Assembly: GCA_012295275.1 (NCBI GenBank)
Contig: CM022671.1
Location: 7,068,001 to 7,132,000 of the forward strand
From: Chrysomallon squamiferum
Lineage: Eukaryota; Animalia; Mollusca
DNA length: 64,000 bases
Reading direction: 5' to 3'
In this document: one piece after another, positions 25,672 to 63,400 of the stretch
How positions within the stretch are numbered: the first letter of the stretch is position 1
Layout of the letters: every line of letters begins with the position of its first letter
Made by a program: the position numbers and the translations under genes
The notes under the pieces: generated by a model
What the model was told of the DNA's origin: nothing
Database searches by the model: none
What the model saw: the letters and a program-made list of their open reading frames with translations, nothing else

Positions 25672-28393
25672 TTTTTTTTTTTATTATTATTATTATTGTT
25701 GTTGTTATTATTTTAACAAATTCAAAACCTTCTCTATTTGCTCTTGTAACTGTGACTTTATTGCAGCCATCTCTTGTTGGTGATGTCTCTGCTCTATCTG
25801 CATTTGATCAATAAGCTGGGTCACTTCCAGTGGTTCACTTTCAGCCTTGGCTCCCAGTCTTTCTGCAGCTTCAGCTTCATTCTGTCCAGTTTTCTGACCT
25901 CTGTCAACCAGCTTCAAAGAACTGGTAGTCTCAGAAAGCAGTGTGCCGAATCGTTGCTGCAGCCTGAGATTCTCCTCATTAAGCTGGGCATTTTCTTTCT
26001 GAATCCCGTCTTTGATGGCCTGGGTGGCCTCGAGGTCTTTGAGAAGCTGGTCAACGCTGCTGCGGAACTGTTGAACTTCGAGTTCACGACGTTGCAACGT
26101 TTCATTCAAGTCGGACAGATTGTTTTCCAACATCTTTACTCTGTGTTGCAGATTTTGAATCATTTCTTCTTTCTCAGCATTCATTTCAACAATAACCTAA
26201 TGGGAAATGACTCAAGTAAATATTAATAATAAAGAGCATTTGTATTTGTCTTTGTGTAAATGCAAAACCTGTAAAAACTGTAATTTCTGTTTTCAAGGAT
26301 GTCTTGTGCTGTAATGAGTTCTGTTCCTGTTTTACTGTGCCTAAGAATTTTGAAAAGGCATCTTTCTACCTTTAATAATAATAGCAAAACAACAACAGCA
26401 ACAACAGCAACAATAACAACAACTGAATTTCCTTGAATCAAGTTTAGTAAACTTTAACTATAACTGAACAAATTAAAAGGCACAACCTGTCACTTGCCAC
26501 AGTTTCCACCAACAACTCAATTTTTTTTAAATTGTTTAAAAATGGCAACAAAATAATAAGAAAAAAGTTTTTAAAACTGAAACTAATATCAGAATAAACA
26601 AACAGGCTGCAGGATACAGATGACTATAATAAACTCACTGTTTCTTGGATGTTTATATCTGGTTCAGTCATTGACATCCCTTGTTCTTCAGCCTGTTGTT
26701 TTAAACTAATGGCAACCTGCTGGCTTGTCGCTTTTGCTGTTTCCAAGGTTCTTATTCTAGTCAACAGTTCATGCTGGAAGAGAGAAGAAGAAATCAATAT
26801 TAAATATAAATTTCACAAATAAAAGATTTTGTTGATATTTCACAATTTAATTTAAAAAAAAAAAAAATTACATCATATTCTTTAAAATAAGTATTATTTA
26901 AAAAAAAAAAAAAAAAAAAAAAAAATTTAAAAGAGAACTCTAAGACAATTTTCAAAAAAGATATAATTGTGAACAATTAATTATTTTAATCAGATTGACT
27001 GTAACAAAATGAAAGCAGCAAGTGATTTGACATGTTTTGTATAAGAACATGCTGGAACCATTTTCTGGCAGATAATATTTTAGGATTTATTATTCCTACC
27101 AGTCAATGAGAATTTTTTTTCTTTAGAATTATTAATTTTGCAATATGTTCATGATGGTATATGTTGGCCATTTTTTTGGGGGGGGATGAGTCTATTGTTG
27201 TTTTTATTTAATTGTAATTTATTATTAAAAAAAATTATAATGGTATAAATTATTTTAAAAAATGAAAAAAAAGGACTGCATTAAAATAAGCAAAAATTGT
27301 GTTCAGAAATATATTTTTTAATAACAAAAATTTCATTATTGACATTAATAATACACCTCTCTGTTTTTCATTTTCTCTTCCATGTCTGAAATGGTTTTAT
27401 GCAGTTCCTCTTTCTCCTTTCTCAGGCTCAATATCAGAGCTTTTGTCTGATCAAATTTTTCACGGTTTGTTTGGTTAGCATCATGAACTTTCTGTTTCCA
27501 GTTCGAAAGAGTTTCAAACTGTTTTTTCATCATCTCGTTATTTTCTCGCAAGTAACCTGGAAATAGCCAGTACCAATCAAGATTAATGTGTTAATAATAA
27601 AAAAATATATAAATATGTTAAAAATTAAAGATAAAAATTGCTAAGAATCAAATAAAGGTTCAAAACATCATACTTTTGATGATGATGACAATAATAATAA
27701 TAATAATTAGGTGGTAATCTTCAAGATGTGGTCCATAAATTCAAATATTATGTATTTTGGAGAATTTTGTTCATTTGTTTTTTTATGTTAGAATAAATAT
27801 TAAAAATGTCACGTAAAATATCGCAGTTCATTTTTGGTTTGTTAAATTAACAATTGTTTTCCTTTTAATCACCACTCTAGAAACTAACTGCATTCATTTT
27901 AAATAAAGGGAGGTAAGTAGAAAGACAAAGTTAATTTTTAATTTTAATAGACATCTGTGTCAGTTTTATTTGTCTAATTTCAAATGCATAATGCTTATAA
28001 AAATGAGAAAACTTGGCAGTTAAAATTTACATGTTCATTTAACAATTGTCATCAATCTCTATTTCCAAACTTTTAAAAATAAAAATAACAATGTGCTATT
28101 CCACACCTACTTCCTAGTTATTGAAAATAAAATATGTTAACTTCTATGCTGCTATATTAGTTAATGTTAATTTTGTTCTTACTTTGAAGTTCGGTATTTT
28201 CCTTGGACAATTCTCGAACTCGTGTTAGTGCTTGTTCTAAAGTTATGTCAGTCATGGATCCAGGCCCTTGTGGTATCACAAGTGGATTAATGTGACTCAA
28301 ACTGACTGGAGTTGTTACTTCTGAGTTCGGTCCTCCAAGGACCTCAAAATCTGACTGTGGCCCATTTGGCAGTCCAACTACAGATTCTGTCAT
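20695..28393 (-). CDS. NEMO/optineurin-family ubiquitin-binding adaptor (IKK-gamma/OPTN-like), ~746 aa, 11 coding exons
   Basis: Minus-strand exons 28393-28183, 27556-27357, 26773-26639, 26196-25729, 25131-24979, 24557(or 24551)-24421, 23768-23628, 23071-22984, 22489-22318, 21806-21471, 20895-20695. N-terminal NEMO/OPTN helix ENTELQSYLRENNEMMKKQFETLSNW, long coiled coils, UBAN YKAQAEVYKIDFDAERQARE, Pro-rich linker, C-terminal zinc finger CPQCGMQLPDMDTLQIHVVEC. One extra base near 22424. IKBKG versus OPTN orthology cannot be separated by eye. Confidence 0.92.
24170..24420 (-). repeat. Degenerate ~60-bp tandem copies of a NEMO/OPTN exon 3' end plus donor
   Basis: Exon end GCAGCCACAAGTGCTCTGGAAAAGAAAGATCAAAG|gttag is echoed by GCAGCCACGAATGCTCTGAAAACAAAAGATAAAAG|gtaag (~24359-24393) and weaker copies near 24183, 24243 and 24295. 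Confidence 0.6.
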
Positions 28394-28477
28394 GTTTACC
28401 TCGTTTATTTAAACCTACTTTAATAATAATAATTATAATAATAATAATAAAAACATCAACAATAATAATAAATTTAC

Positions 28478-28750
28478 CTTCTTCCTCCCTGGCGAATCCT
28501 CAATAAAATTTAGTTTCGATTTCTGTTTAAAGTAATAAAAACAGGAAGTATTTAATAACTAAAATGTATTTATCTCAATGACATCTGTTAATAACTCTCA
28601 TACTTACCAGTTTAATTTTATAACCTTAAGAATATTAAAAAATAGATTTCAGGTTATGACAAGACGAAATGTTTCACAAACATAAGCTTTCGCAAAATCA
28701 TGTGATTATCCATGGGGAAAACCAGCCATACTCTTTCCCGGATGTTTGTC
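28478..28750 (-). other. Candidate 5' non-coding exons of the NEMO/OPTN gene
   Basis: Minus-strand donor TG|gtaagta at 28607, exon 28522-28478 (aaacag|...AAG|gtaaat), acceptor at 28415 upstream of ATG 28393. Confidence 0.5.
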
Positions 28751-28910
28751 TCGCATACCGTTTTTCACTGAGATTTTATTTAACTAAGGATTGTAAGCGT
28801 AGCAAATGTTACAATGACAGTTTGTTGTATTCTCGAAAACATTGACGTAGACCTCTAAATATTATTTTCTATATAACTGATGTTTTTTAGACTTAGGCTG
28901 ATGACGTGAC
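28688..28910. promoter_or_regulatory. Putative promoter motif cluster (C/EBP, M-box, Rel/kB-like, ETS, CRE/CLEAR-like)
   Basis: TTTCGCAA 28688-95; TCATGTGA 28698-705; GGGGAAAACCA 28714-24; CCGGATGT 28738-45; ATGACGTGAC 28901-10. Motif matches only. Confidence 0.35.
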
Positions 28911-29700
28911 CAGAATATTTTAATTTCTATGTTTCCGTCACAATTATAAATTTTACTGAATCCCTAAAATCGAAAATCCTGTTTTATAGCGTTCATAAAT
29001 TTATCGTAATATAACAATAAAACATTTCACCTGTTTGACTTTTTTTTTCTTCTTTCCTTTCTTAGGTAGTCAAGATTAAAAATAAATAAATACCTATATG
29101 TATGTATATAGGACCTATATATATATGTATATATATTAATGGAAGAATTAGATGAAATGTACATCTCATTCTGCTTTAATTTTTTTTATAATATAATTTA
29201 TGCGGATATGTTTACGTATAAACGTATGTTTTACCACTTTCTGTGCCAAGTTCTGAATATTTCCAATCTTGTTTTAGACACACACACACATACACAGACA
29301 CACACACATAAACACACACTCACATACACACACAATACGTTAAATAAAAATATTAGCATCTGTCCAAATGACTCTTATCAGTTTGCCGAGTTTATTAATT
29401 AATATTTCACTTATTAATAAATATACACACATTTTTGGAAACGCTTTGATATAAAGAGTTCATAATATTAACGTCATGTTTGCGTTTGTCATCCGTTCCC
29501 AAAACATTAAATAACGAGAAGGAATGACCAGCATTTCCGAAAGGGAGTGACATGACTCTGCAGAGCAGGTAAATAACTTTCAAGATAAAGCAGATTTTAT
29601 TGTAAAGAAAAACTTAATCGATTGCAGTAATAATTAATTAATTAATTAATAATTAAATAATTTAAAAAAAAACAAATTGCAGTAATAATAATTAATAATA

Positions 29701-29735
<35 letters not shown>

Positions 29736-29808
29736 ATTTATATTGTTCTTCCCCATCTCGCATAGGGCCTGTTAACCATATATGTTAACATTCTTATGGT
29801 CTTAATAG

Positions 29809-29885
<77 letters not shown>

Positions 29886-29974
29886 TTTTATTTTATTTTA
29901 TTTTATTTTATTTAAATTGTAGTTTATAGAAAAGTTTATTTCATTTGCCAAAGAGAGGATAATACATACTACGG

Positions 29975-30075
29975 GCTTAGCTGCACCATTTGTGAAGCAC
30001 TGGCTGTTACGAGAAACAGTTCAATGGGTCACCAACAGCGATCGGTGTAACGGCTACCTTCTGCACATTCAACGG
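29975..30075. mobile_element. Possible degenerate SINE fragment
   Basis: GAAGCACTGGCTGTTACGAGAAACAGTTCAATGGGTCACCAACAGCGATCG resembles a tRNA-derived interspersed repeat I recall from gastropod genomes; not verified by search. Confidence 0.3.
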
Positions 30076-30091
30076 TAATTATATATTTGTA

Positions 30092-30148
<57 letters not shown>

Positions 30149-31478
30149 CACATATATATATTTTAACAGGAGGGGATTTTGTTTTGTTTTAATATGCATT
30201 TTCCTTCAAAGAGAAATCGTGCATCACGGCCTATCATAAAAGAGAAGCTGGGGGAAACACTCGGTAACAACACATATATACACACATTTTTCATAATCAT
30301 TTATTTGTATGGGTGCGCATTTTTGTATGTATGTATGTACGTACGTACGTGTGTATGTGTGTGTGTATATATATATGCGCAGCCATCCAAACAAGCGCAA
30401 ACTAGAAAATATGTTTTCGATAAGAAACTTTGTAGTCTACTATACCGCTGTCTTTTCGACAACACTTCCAGATTTCAAACATCATTATAAAATATTTAAC
30501 AGTCAAATCTAACATTCAGTCATAACACCGGCGTTTAGTTTACATTAACACTGTTCTCACACCATTCTCTTTTTTCCTTCTTTTTTTTCTTTCTTAATTT
30601 CTTTTTCTTTTAATCATTTCCTATACGATAGCTACAAAATATTATTTCAAAAATAATTTCAAAATGTTTTTTGTTTTTATTCTTTGATATTTATTAAGAG
30701 ATGACACTCAGCAGTATCATAACCGTAAGCGTCGTCTCATTATTTTTGTTTTGTTGTTGCTAAAACTACAAATATGCAGTATCTGTGTAAATAAAATAAT
30801 CCTGATTTCCACGAATTCCGTGAAAAACAAGACGCCGCCGTTTGTATTTTCGTTTCATCAACACTTTTTTTCGACGTCTGCTTTATTTAAAGCTGTTATT
30901 GGCCATTGGCGATCGAGAGTCTGCGCTTCTGCTCAGAAAATAATCAATAAAAAATGTTAAAGCGCAGGATATATTCAGCTTAACAATATCGTTTACTTTT
31001 ACAGCGAGGTTTTTCGTCAACAGTGTCGTGTCACCCCATCGCAAAACGTGCACCAAACGACAACTTCTCTCCACACGGGAATTTAAGCAGACGTGAATAA
31101 CGCAGAGTCAACAGGTCAGCCCACACGCAATAGACTCGCTACAGAACATTTTCATTTCAGAAGACAGAAAAATCGTGTATCGATCGACTTTCACGGACTG
31201 AAATAATTGGTTGGCGAATTTGTATCGGTGGATTTTTTTTAATTTTTATTTTTTTTTTTCCTCCTTCATCTTCTTCATTTTCCTCGTCAGACTGATCGAG
31301 ACAATAACACAACTAAACTGAACCCACTAAATGAGTTATAATTGGACAGACGCGCAAGCACCGCCCATGATGGATTTCGAAAGGCAGTCATTTCGCTGTT
31401 GACACTGTGGCATGGCGGTTTCACATACACGAACACATCTGCTGAAAGACTGAATCGTTGAGTCGGGGTCTCGCTTGT

Positions 31479-31573
31479 ATGTCGTCTATGATGAGCATTG
31501 GACGAGCCCCTGGTCATGAATCGGTGGGCAGAAGGTGTGCTGATACCAGTCATCTCGATGACAATGCCTGCAG
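31479..31573 (+). CDS. IMPDH: Alternative upstream coding exon of IMPDH (N-terminal extension MSSMMSIGRAPGHESVGRRCADTSHLDDNAC-S)
   Basis: GC-rich island. ATG 31479 to donor TGCAG|gtacta at 31573 (phase 2) joins acceptor ttcag|T-ATG (35796) as AGT-ATG, in frame with MADYL. A polypyrimidine-AG at 31290 may start the exon. Confidence 0.65.
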
Positions 31574-32541
31574 GTACTACAATACGTATATATATTTATA
31601 ATTAATGCTTACTGTATTATGTTTCCACGTATTTGGTGATTATGTAATTTATTTAACATGTTTTGTAAATACTTTATCTTAGGATCGTAAATTACCTACG
31701 TGTTTGTTTTCTCTATTTATATATGTGTGCATGTACCTATGTACGTATATTTTTGAGAATATATTTGTATGTGTTTTGTTTGTGTGTGAATGTATCTATA
31801 TATATGTATGCATGTATTTATATATGCGTGTGTGTGTGTGTGTGTGTTTATATGTGGGGGGGTGAGTGTGCATTTATATGTGTCTATATTTTAAGTTTTA
31901 ATTAGAGTTATCGATGGGTGAATGGATGTTCAGACAAAATCATTTCCTACTCGGTGTCTTTCAGAAAAGGTGTTATCTTTATTCCAGGTACAATATGGCA
32001 CATATTTAAAATAATAATAATAATAAAAACAAAAATAAATAAATAAAAATACTTTGCAATTAATTGATACGTCTTCTCTCGTATTATTTCAAGTGTGTGC
32101 ATTTTTGTATCCGTGTATGTGTACAGTGTGTGTAATCTATGAATGTATATTATAGTGACTGGTATTCTTTTTTATCTGAAGGGTATGATGTATGTATGTA
32201 TGTATGTATCTATGTATGTAGATGCGTAACTACATATATGTATGTGTGTATATGAACATGTATATGTATATGTGTGTGTGTGTGATAGATCACTTTTAAG
32301 AATTAATATTGACTTTGATAAGTTATCTTCTGGTCTCAACACCTACAAATATTTACATGTTCCTGTCGTTAATTCATTTTAAACCTGTGTTTTCAAAGTT
32401 ATTTTTCTGTATTTGTACATATTCTATTCACAATATGTAAAACAAATCATGGGTAAAACGAAAACAAATGTGAATACTCGGATATTAATTTGAATACATC
32501 TGCACTAGTGTACAGAACATTCAAAATCAAAAATGCAGTCC

Positions 32542-32596
<55 letters not shown>

Positions 32597-33506
32597 GTTT
32601 TAAATTAATTTTATATTATTATAATGATGCTCCTACGTATAATAAATACCCATACACTTCATTTTCAATAAAAATATTTTTGTCCATCATATCTTCTTTT
32701 TATTCATTAATAAGAAATAAATGATGATGATGATGACACACATACACACACACGATGGCATATCCCTCCTTTTTATTTATTTTTACCTTTTTTCTTCTTT
32801 TTTTTTTTTTTTGGAGGGGGGAGAATGCCAAACAATATATGACATAAATAAATGTTATTAATAGATGAATATGTCATGTTTTTATTTTTTTTTAACTTGA
32901 AATATTTATGACAAAGAACAAATACATCCATACAGTTTTTATAATGATAACACAATATTTCATAAAATGACAAGTCAAACAAAATAAAATAAAATAACAT
33001 GAAATAAAATACTGGCCTGAACGATATAGGGTTGGTAGTATGAATGAATGAATGAATGAAGTTAGATAAAAAAAAACGATCATTACAGAAACAAATTCGA
33101 AGTTTGAACATAATAAAATTTAAGTATGTCACGTAGAATCTATTATTTTCTAAAAAGTTGGGGTGGGGGGTTTGTTGAAAAATTCGGTTATATCCCATTC
33201 TAAAGTGCTGAAGTCAGAAGCATTGGGCCTGACGACCCACAATACTGAGCATCAACAGCTATTATGACTACATTTCTGTCAGTTAACGCTCTCCGAGAGA
33301 AAAGTTTGATAGTTCGTGTGTTATTTGTATGACATCGTAAAGCTCAATATGTGGCAACATTTGTAAAAACAAATCATCCCCAGCATGAGAACAGTGTTTC
33401 ATAGTGTGAACTTTATGTCCTATTTTCGAACAGCCTACTGTTATATATTCTGCAGTACTATTGTTAAAATACACTTTCCACTAAACAGGAAATAATATAT
33501 CACAGT

Positions 33507-33550
<44 letters not shown>

Positions 33551-33792
33551 ATTAGCAATGAGACACCTTCTGAAACGAAATATCTACTACTTAGTATAAA
33601 ACAGTGTCTATCCAAATCGCACAATATCTTAAAGCACTTAATACCTGGAGTAATCAATCACACTATCAGTTTTTGTTGCGTATTTTTTTTTTTTATTTCT
33701 TCTTTGTATTTTTTTTTTTTTCAAAACTGTTCTTTTATGTACGTGCGCTTGTGTGGCTTGTTGTGGAAGCTTAATTTTATTATTATTATTAT

Positions 33793-33836
<44 letters not shown>

Positions 33837-35530
33837 ATGAGGCTGCCACGATGTTTCTCTGAGGACTCGTTATCTTATTGTCACACTTTATTATTAACAA
33901 TGGATTTCTTGCTAGTGACGATAGAAGTATGTACAATATGTATTTAGGCTATTTGTTCGGACGAACACAGCTGCACGTTAACAATACCAAGAATTAACGA
34001 ATCATTTCGTTACTTTGGAAATATAAAAGAGATTTTCGATATTTTATCTTATCTGTTGTGAGGTGAACAATTCAGGCGTAGAGGAGAAACTAATTACCAA
34101 TCGATACAGAGCATCGGCTTTTATCTACATTAGCGGAGCGATGGAAGGCAATTACATCGATCAGAATAACAAAACGGTTCGAGATTTATTAGAGTTATCG
34201 TTACTTATTGTTTTACGTCCATCATTTCATACGTTTAGTAGTCTTCTTCTTTCTATCTACCTCATTTTTTTATTTTTTATTTATTTTATTTTTTTTATTT
34301 TTTTTAATAATAATAATTACAAATAATTTTATTTATTTATTTATTATTGTTTTATTTTTCATGTTAATTTTATCAATATTTTTATACGTGGATTTAGTGA
34401 TCAAATTAAATGCGTGCAACAAACCCTAGTTTGCGTGTGCGTGTGTGTGTAAAACTGATTTGTATGTATATACTTTACCGTATTTCATCTTTAAAATAAG
34501 TAACTCGAGGACAGAGCACTGTTAGTTTCAGTCTTCTTTAACGCTTTCACTGAAACATATCCCGTTCTAACCTGTGTGCGACTGTTATTCAAATACCACA
34601 GTATGCGATTTTTGTTCTCTGGATAGGTACATGTAAAAGATTGTTAAAAATAAAAATATAATAGCATGACATGATGGAGCGAGTTTATATATATATTTAT
34701 TTATTTATTGCCGATCATTTGTTTGACTTTCAGTTTATGGCTCTTACGCTCTTCAGTGATGCTGCGTTCCTCAAAAACAGCGGACTTTAGATTATTATTT
34801 CCTTTTCGAACCAGTCCCCATAAACAGTTTTATCGGTAGCTATATATAGTCTGTGTCATCGTGCCTTTGTGAAAACTATAATAAAGATCCGTTTTAACAA
34901 TGTGACAAAGATAATCCAAAAATGGGTGCAGCGAATTTCGTAATACGTTCCACAATAAAGGATGTTAAAGGGTCGTTTAGTTAAGTGATCGAATACCGTT
35001 ACCGCTTTCAATCAAAGTGTGACAATAAAAAAATAATGTCTCAAAATATTTCAATGGCGTCATTTGACCCCTTGACGATTGAAGTCGTGACGTTATAACG
35101 TTCTTCAAAGAAAGCCGGTTCGCCCAGTACGTTCTGACATCATAACTAAAGACAAACGCCGCCCACCAGATTTCTGTTGTTATACTTCCTTCTTAGAGTG
35201 GATAATAAAATTAAATAAATATAATAATTTTTTTTTTTTTTTTTTAAATGAAAAAAAAAAAAAAAAAAAAAAGGAATCTGCTAAAACTTACCTTCAGAGT
35301 AGGCACATATTTAGATTATTTTTCGTAATACTAAAGGTATACTTTACACTTACTAAAATAAAATAAAATAAAAATATTGGAAAAAAAAGAAAAGGAAGGT
35401 TTAATGTATCAGATTCTTCTACAGTAGTTGGGTTAGATGATATATTAGTTTTATTTAGATCATTATTGTATATTCTTCATTTACATATTTGAAACAAAGA
35501 AAAAAAATTAATGTTAACATTAGAAAACGA

Positions 35531-35563
<33 letters not shown>

Positions 35564-35796
35564 GTTATTATTCATTAATTTGAATGAAAAAAAAAATCTT
35601 AAAGGATAAAATATAACTCGACAATTATACACCCTTACGATTTTGTTAATAGACTGAACTTCTTTTTGTATTTAAATTAGCAACCCTGGGACGGCCTAGT
35701 TTCTTATTTCAGTTACTGTCCTTCACCTTGTTACTGTTATATAAGCGGCGAACCTTTTCCATGTGTTAAATTTACTTAACTGTTCATATTTTCAGT

Positions 35797-59379
<23,583 letters not shown>

Positions 59380-60419
59380 CAGTTAACCGAGGCCGGTCAG
59401 GCTTTGCCAGTGATGCGACGTCGCAAACATACTGCCACGCCCGCATCCTGACCAACACCTGTCCACCCTCACAACAAACACTGTCGCTACGCACTACCAT
59501 TTGAGCTGAGCTGGGCTGGGCTGAGAGGCGATAAGACAGGAAGGGTTCGTCTCTGACGACAAGAGGACAAAAGAAGTGAAACAGGTTTACTTCGTCTTGT
59601 TAATTCAAATCCGTTCTCCAGCGTCCTTTTATCGTTTGCCAGTTTAAAAAGATTTGGCTTAATTCATTATTTGATCATCTCTGGATGAGAGATGTAAGCT
59701 GTAGCTATTTCGAAATGCAACTTAACTGAGGAATGTAATACTAAAATGCTATTATTAATTTAGGATAGGTAGAATAATGCATTTAATTTTTTAAAACATT
59801 ATCTTTTTTTTTTTTTTTCATTTTTTCATTATTATTCCACAAAGCAAACAATTACAATAAAATTAGGCTTATTGTCCATGCTTATCTCTTACACTTGAAA
59901 CTTGCAGTATGTTTGCAATTTGTTTGAGATAAAATGTGTATGTGTTGGTGGGTGTATTACATAAATACACATAGCCACAAGCATACACATCAAGACATAT
60001 GAACACATCCAGAACAGATATGCAGATACATACCTATCTACTTATCAAGGCAGACACACACTCAGACAGACAGACAGACAGACAAACATACACACACAAA
60101 AAACACACACACACACACATGCACACTTATCCACATATTGTTACCTTAACATAAACGTAATCTCACAAACATACAGACACACCTCCATACATACACACCT
60201 TCATACATACACACCTTCATACATACACATCAGAACACATTCAGCAAAGACACTCAGATGCATACACGTCAAGACTTTGCCAGTCTGTTTTTAATTCTTC
60301 ATTGTATTTTTTCAATATTTTAGTTTTTTCCTCATCCAGTTCTGACACTTGTCTTTGGAAACTGTCAAAGTTTTTTTTTTTTTTTTTTTTTTTTTAACTC
60401 TCAAAGACATTACTTTATT

Positions 60420-60485
<66 letters not shown>

Positions 60486-63400
60486 TTAAAGGTGTATTAT
60501 TGCAGTCTAATGCTATATGTGAAAAAAATATTTCCATATTTTCAGCAGCATTTCATATTAGTCTTTTTTCTTTTTCTTTTTTTTTTCAAATTGTGTTAAG
60601 TGGATGTCTAAATATCTACATTTATTTTTAGATGGTGTTATGTATGTGGTTGTTATAAATGTCAATAATATGTTAATAATATATGTATATAAAACAGAAG
60701 TTGAAATTAAACACTTATTTTTGGTTAACAGTAAGAGTTAAAAAATAAAGTTTCATCAATTATATAATTATGATGTTATACCTTTTCCAAAGATAGGTAC
60801 AATGCTGTACTGCATACGCCAGTATTAAATAAATATTAAATACATTATTTCTTCATTCCTTTACTCCTTCCTTCCTTGAACAAATAGATGAACATCAGAA
60901 TGTCTTTCACTTCATTTACGCAAAACAGAATGTTGATTTATTCAGCATAATCAGTGACAATCATTGCAAATATACATATTCACTCGGTATAACTTGAAAC
61001 TGTTATTTGTATATTTTAATTCGAAAATGAATTTAACAGCAGATCTAGTTGACATAATTATTGCTTGTCAGTTCGAACTGTTTGCATAGCTGTAATATTT
61101 TAATATTGTATCGTTTTCAAATAACTGACCAGTTTCAATGTTAGGTACCTAAATTACTGTCAGCAGTCACTTATATTATCTATTACATAAAGTTGGATGT
61201 TTTTAATTTAAAGCAGCATTTCTGATATATAATATAAAGCAAATTAATAATATTTTACAAATTTTGAAAACAAAAACAAAATTTAAAGTATGACACTGTA
61301 TTAAACTATAAAACGATATTTAAGAAATGATAATAAATGAAAAAAAATGAAAAAATGGATGTCTTTATTGACATATGGGTTTTGGGGTTTTTTTTTACTG
61401 AATTAATTAATACAGAATTTGATGCCTTCCAAATATATATATAAAGTCATATATTGTATTTATTTTAATAATTTTTTCATAAACAAAAGATATTCTGGTT
61501 AAATTTTGAATAATTTAAACTCTCTTCTGTGTTAAACTGAACTGCAACAGTAAAAACATCCAAGTGTTTTTTTATGAAACCCATTGCAAGGAATGATTAT
61601 TTTTAACATATTATTACAAAAGCCAGAATTTATTCTATTTAATTTATTGTGAGGACACAGGAAATATTAAACTTACAGCTTGATCCTACATTATCTTAGC
61701 CATGAACTTTTTTGCATTTATGAATAGTTAATTTTTGACTAGCAATACAGGTGCAATAATAATTCTGGTAGCCATTTTGGATATGCATGTCTTGTCTTTT
61801 TTCCTTTTTTTAAAACAGGATTCTTTAATCTCTTTTGAGTGAAAAGTGACTGAGATTTTGTAAATAGTTCTGTTTCATTTTTGTCTTTATAATTTTGAAA
61901 TTACTTGTTTCTTCAGTATAATGTTTAATATCAGTTTTTACCATTTACTGTGAAATCATGGAATATTTAATTGTATGAGAAATATATTGCAAACTTGGGA
62001 CCAGAAGCGATCTGGGTTTCTGAAATTTCTTTCCTGTTTTGAATAAATGATCTGGTACATTGTGTTATAGTAATAAGTAATTGTCTTGTATCTATTGCAC
62101 AAAAATGTAACATGTGTTTTGCTCAGTATTTTTATTTTTTCATTCTCATAGACTGGTGCTCAGTTCTCTGTTTTGCTCTTTTGGGCTTTTTCATGTTATC
62201 TTGATATTAACTGGACCATGAAAGAATATTTAACTTTTTCTTAATTGCTTTTTTTGTAATATATCATCTATTTTTTTCTTTTTTTTTTCTGATTTATTTT
62301 TTTTTTTTTTTTTTTTCTTTTTTTTTTCTTACAGGATAACAAATAAATTTAAATATTATTTATCATAATTTTCATTGACTGTTCCAAAAACATAATGGAG
62401 AAAAGCTTTTGCTTTCTTATTGTATAAAAATATATATAACTTTTTTTTTTTTTTTTAAATTGTTTTTGTATAATAAATGTACTGTATATTTTATGATTGC
62501 TGTATATGATGATAAATGTTTAAATTTGTTTAATAATGTTGTGGTAATGGTTTGTGTAAATAACAATAATAGTGAAATAAAATTTTTTAAAGGTTGTTAA
62601 TAAAAACATTTTTGAAAAGTAAAGAAAGTTGAAATAATGGTAGTAAAAGTTTCAAACTTTTAAAAATATTAACTGTTGGTTTATAACTGGAGTGTGAGGG
62701 GATCTGGGTCATAATATATAGAAATAATATTTCATTTTATTATTTTTTTATTTTTTATAGTCCATTGATCATTTATAGAGTGAACAATTTCATGATTAAG
62801 GAGCAATAAGATTGATTTGATTAATTATGAGAAATCAAAGATATTGTTTGGAAATAACATTTTAAAGATAATGTTTGAATTTTATTATTCTGGCAGTTGG
62901 TTAATCAGGGGTATTTTGAATCCATAGGCATTACTTCTTTAAGATATTCCCACTTGTCTCAATAATAATTTAATACTGGTATTATTACTATTGTTCTTTT
63001 GGAGTTTTTTAAACTTTAATTTATTCAGATATGAGTATACATACAGTGGTTTATCAGTATTTGATGATGTAAATAAAGTAATTAAGATTTTTTGATCTTT
63101 ATTCAATAATTATATTTTTTTATTGATGATTTTACTTCTCATTTTAATCATTACTCTTTTAGGACATGGAATAAAATATAAAATCATCTTGCATTCTATG
63201 GTTTGATTTACATTAACATGAGCTGAAACTTTTTTTTTTTTTTTTTTTTTTTTAAATGGGCAGATTGTGTGCATTGGTTAAAAAAAGTATTTGTCTGAAG
63301 GTTGATGTCATGAAAATTACTCTTCTTTATGGTTTCTAGTTAATATTGTTTTCTTGTTTTTTAGTTGTTTTTTTAAAGTTGTTGATGCCACTGAAATCAC

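Noticed and set aside
20691-26226. Plus-strand ORFs 20691-21005, 21536-21949, 22403-22768, 25774-26226
   Set aside because: Antisense to bona fide NEMO/OPTN exons.
31287-31553. 88-aa minus-strand ORF
   Set aside because: In codon register with the plus-strand IMPDH extension exon; best explained as its shadow.
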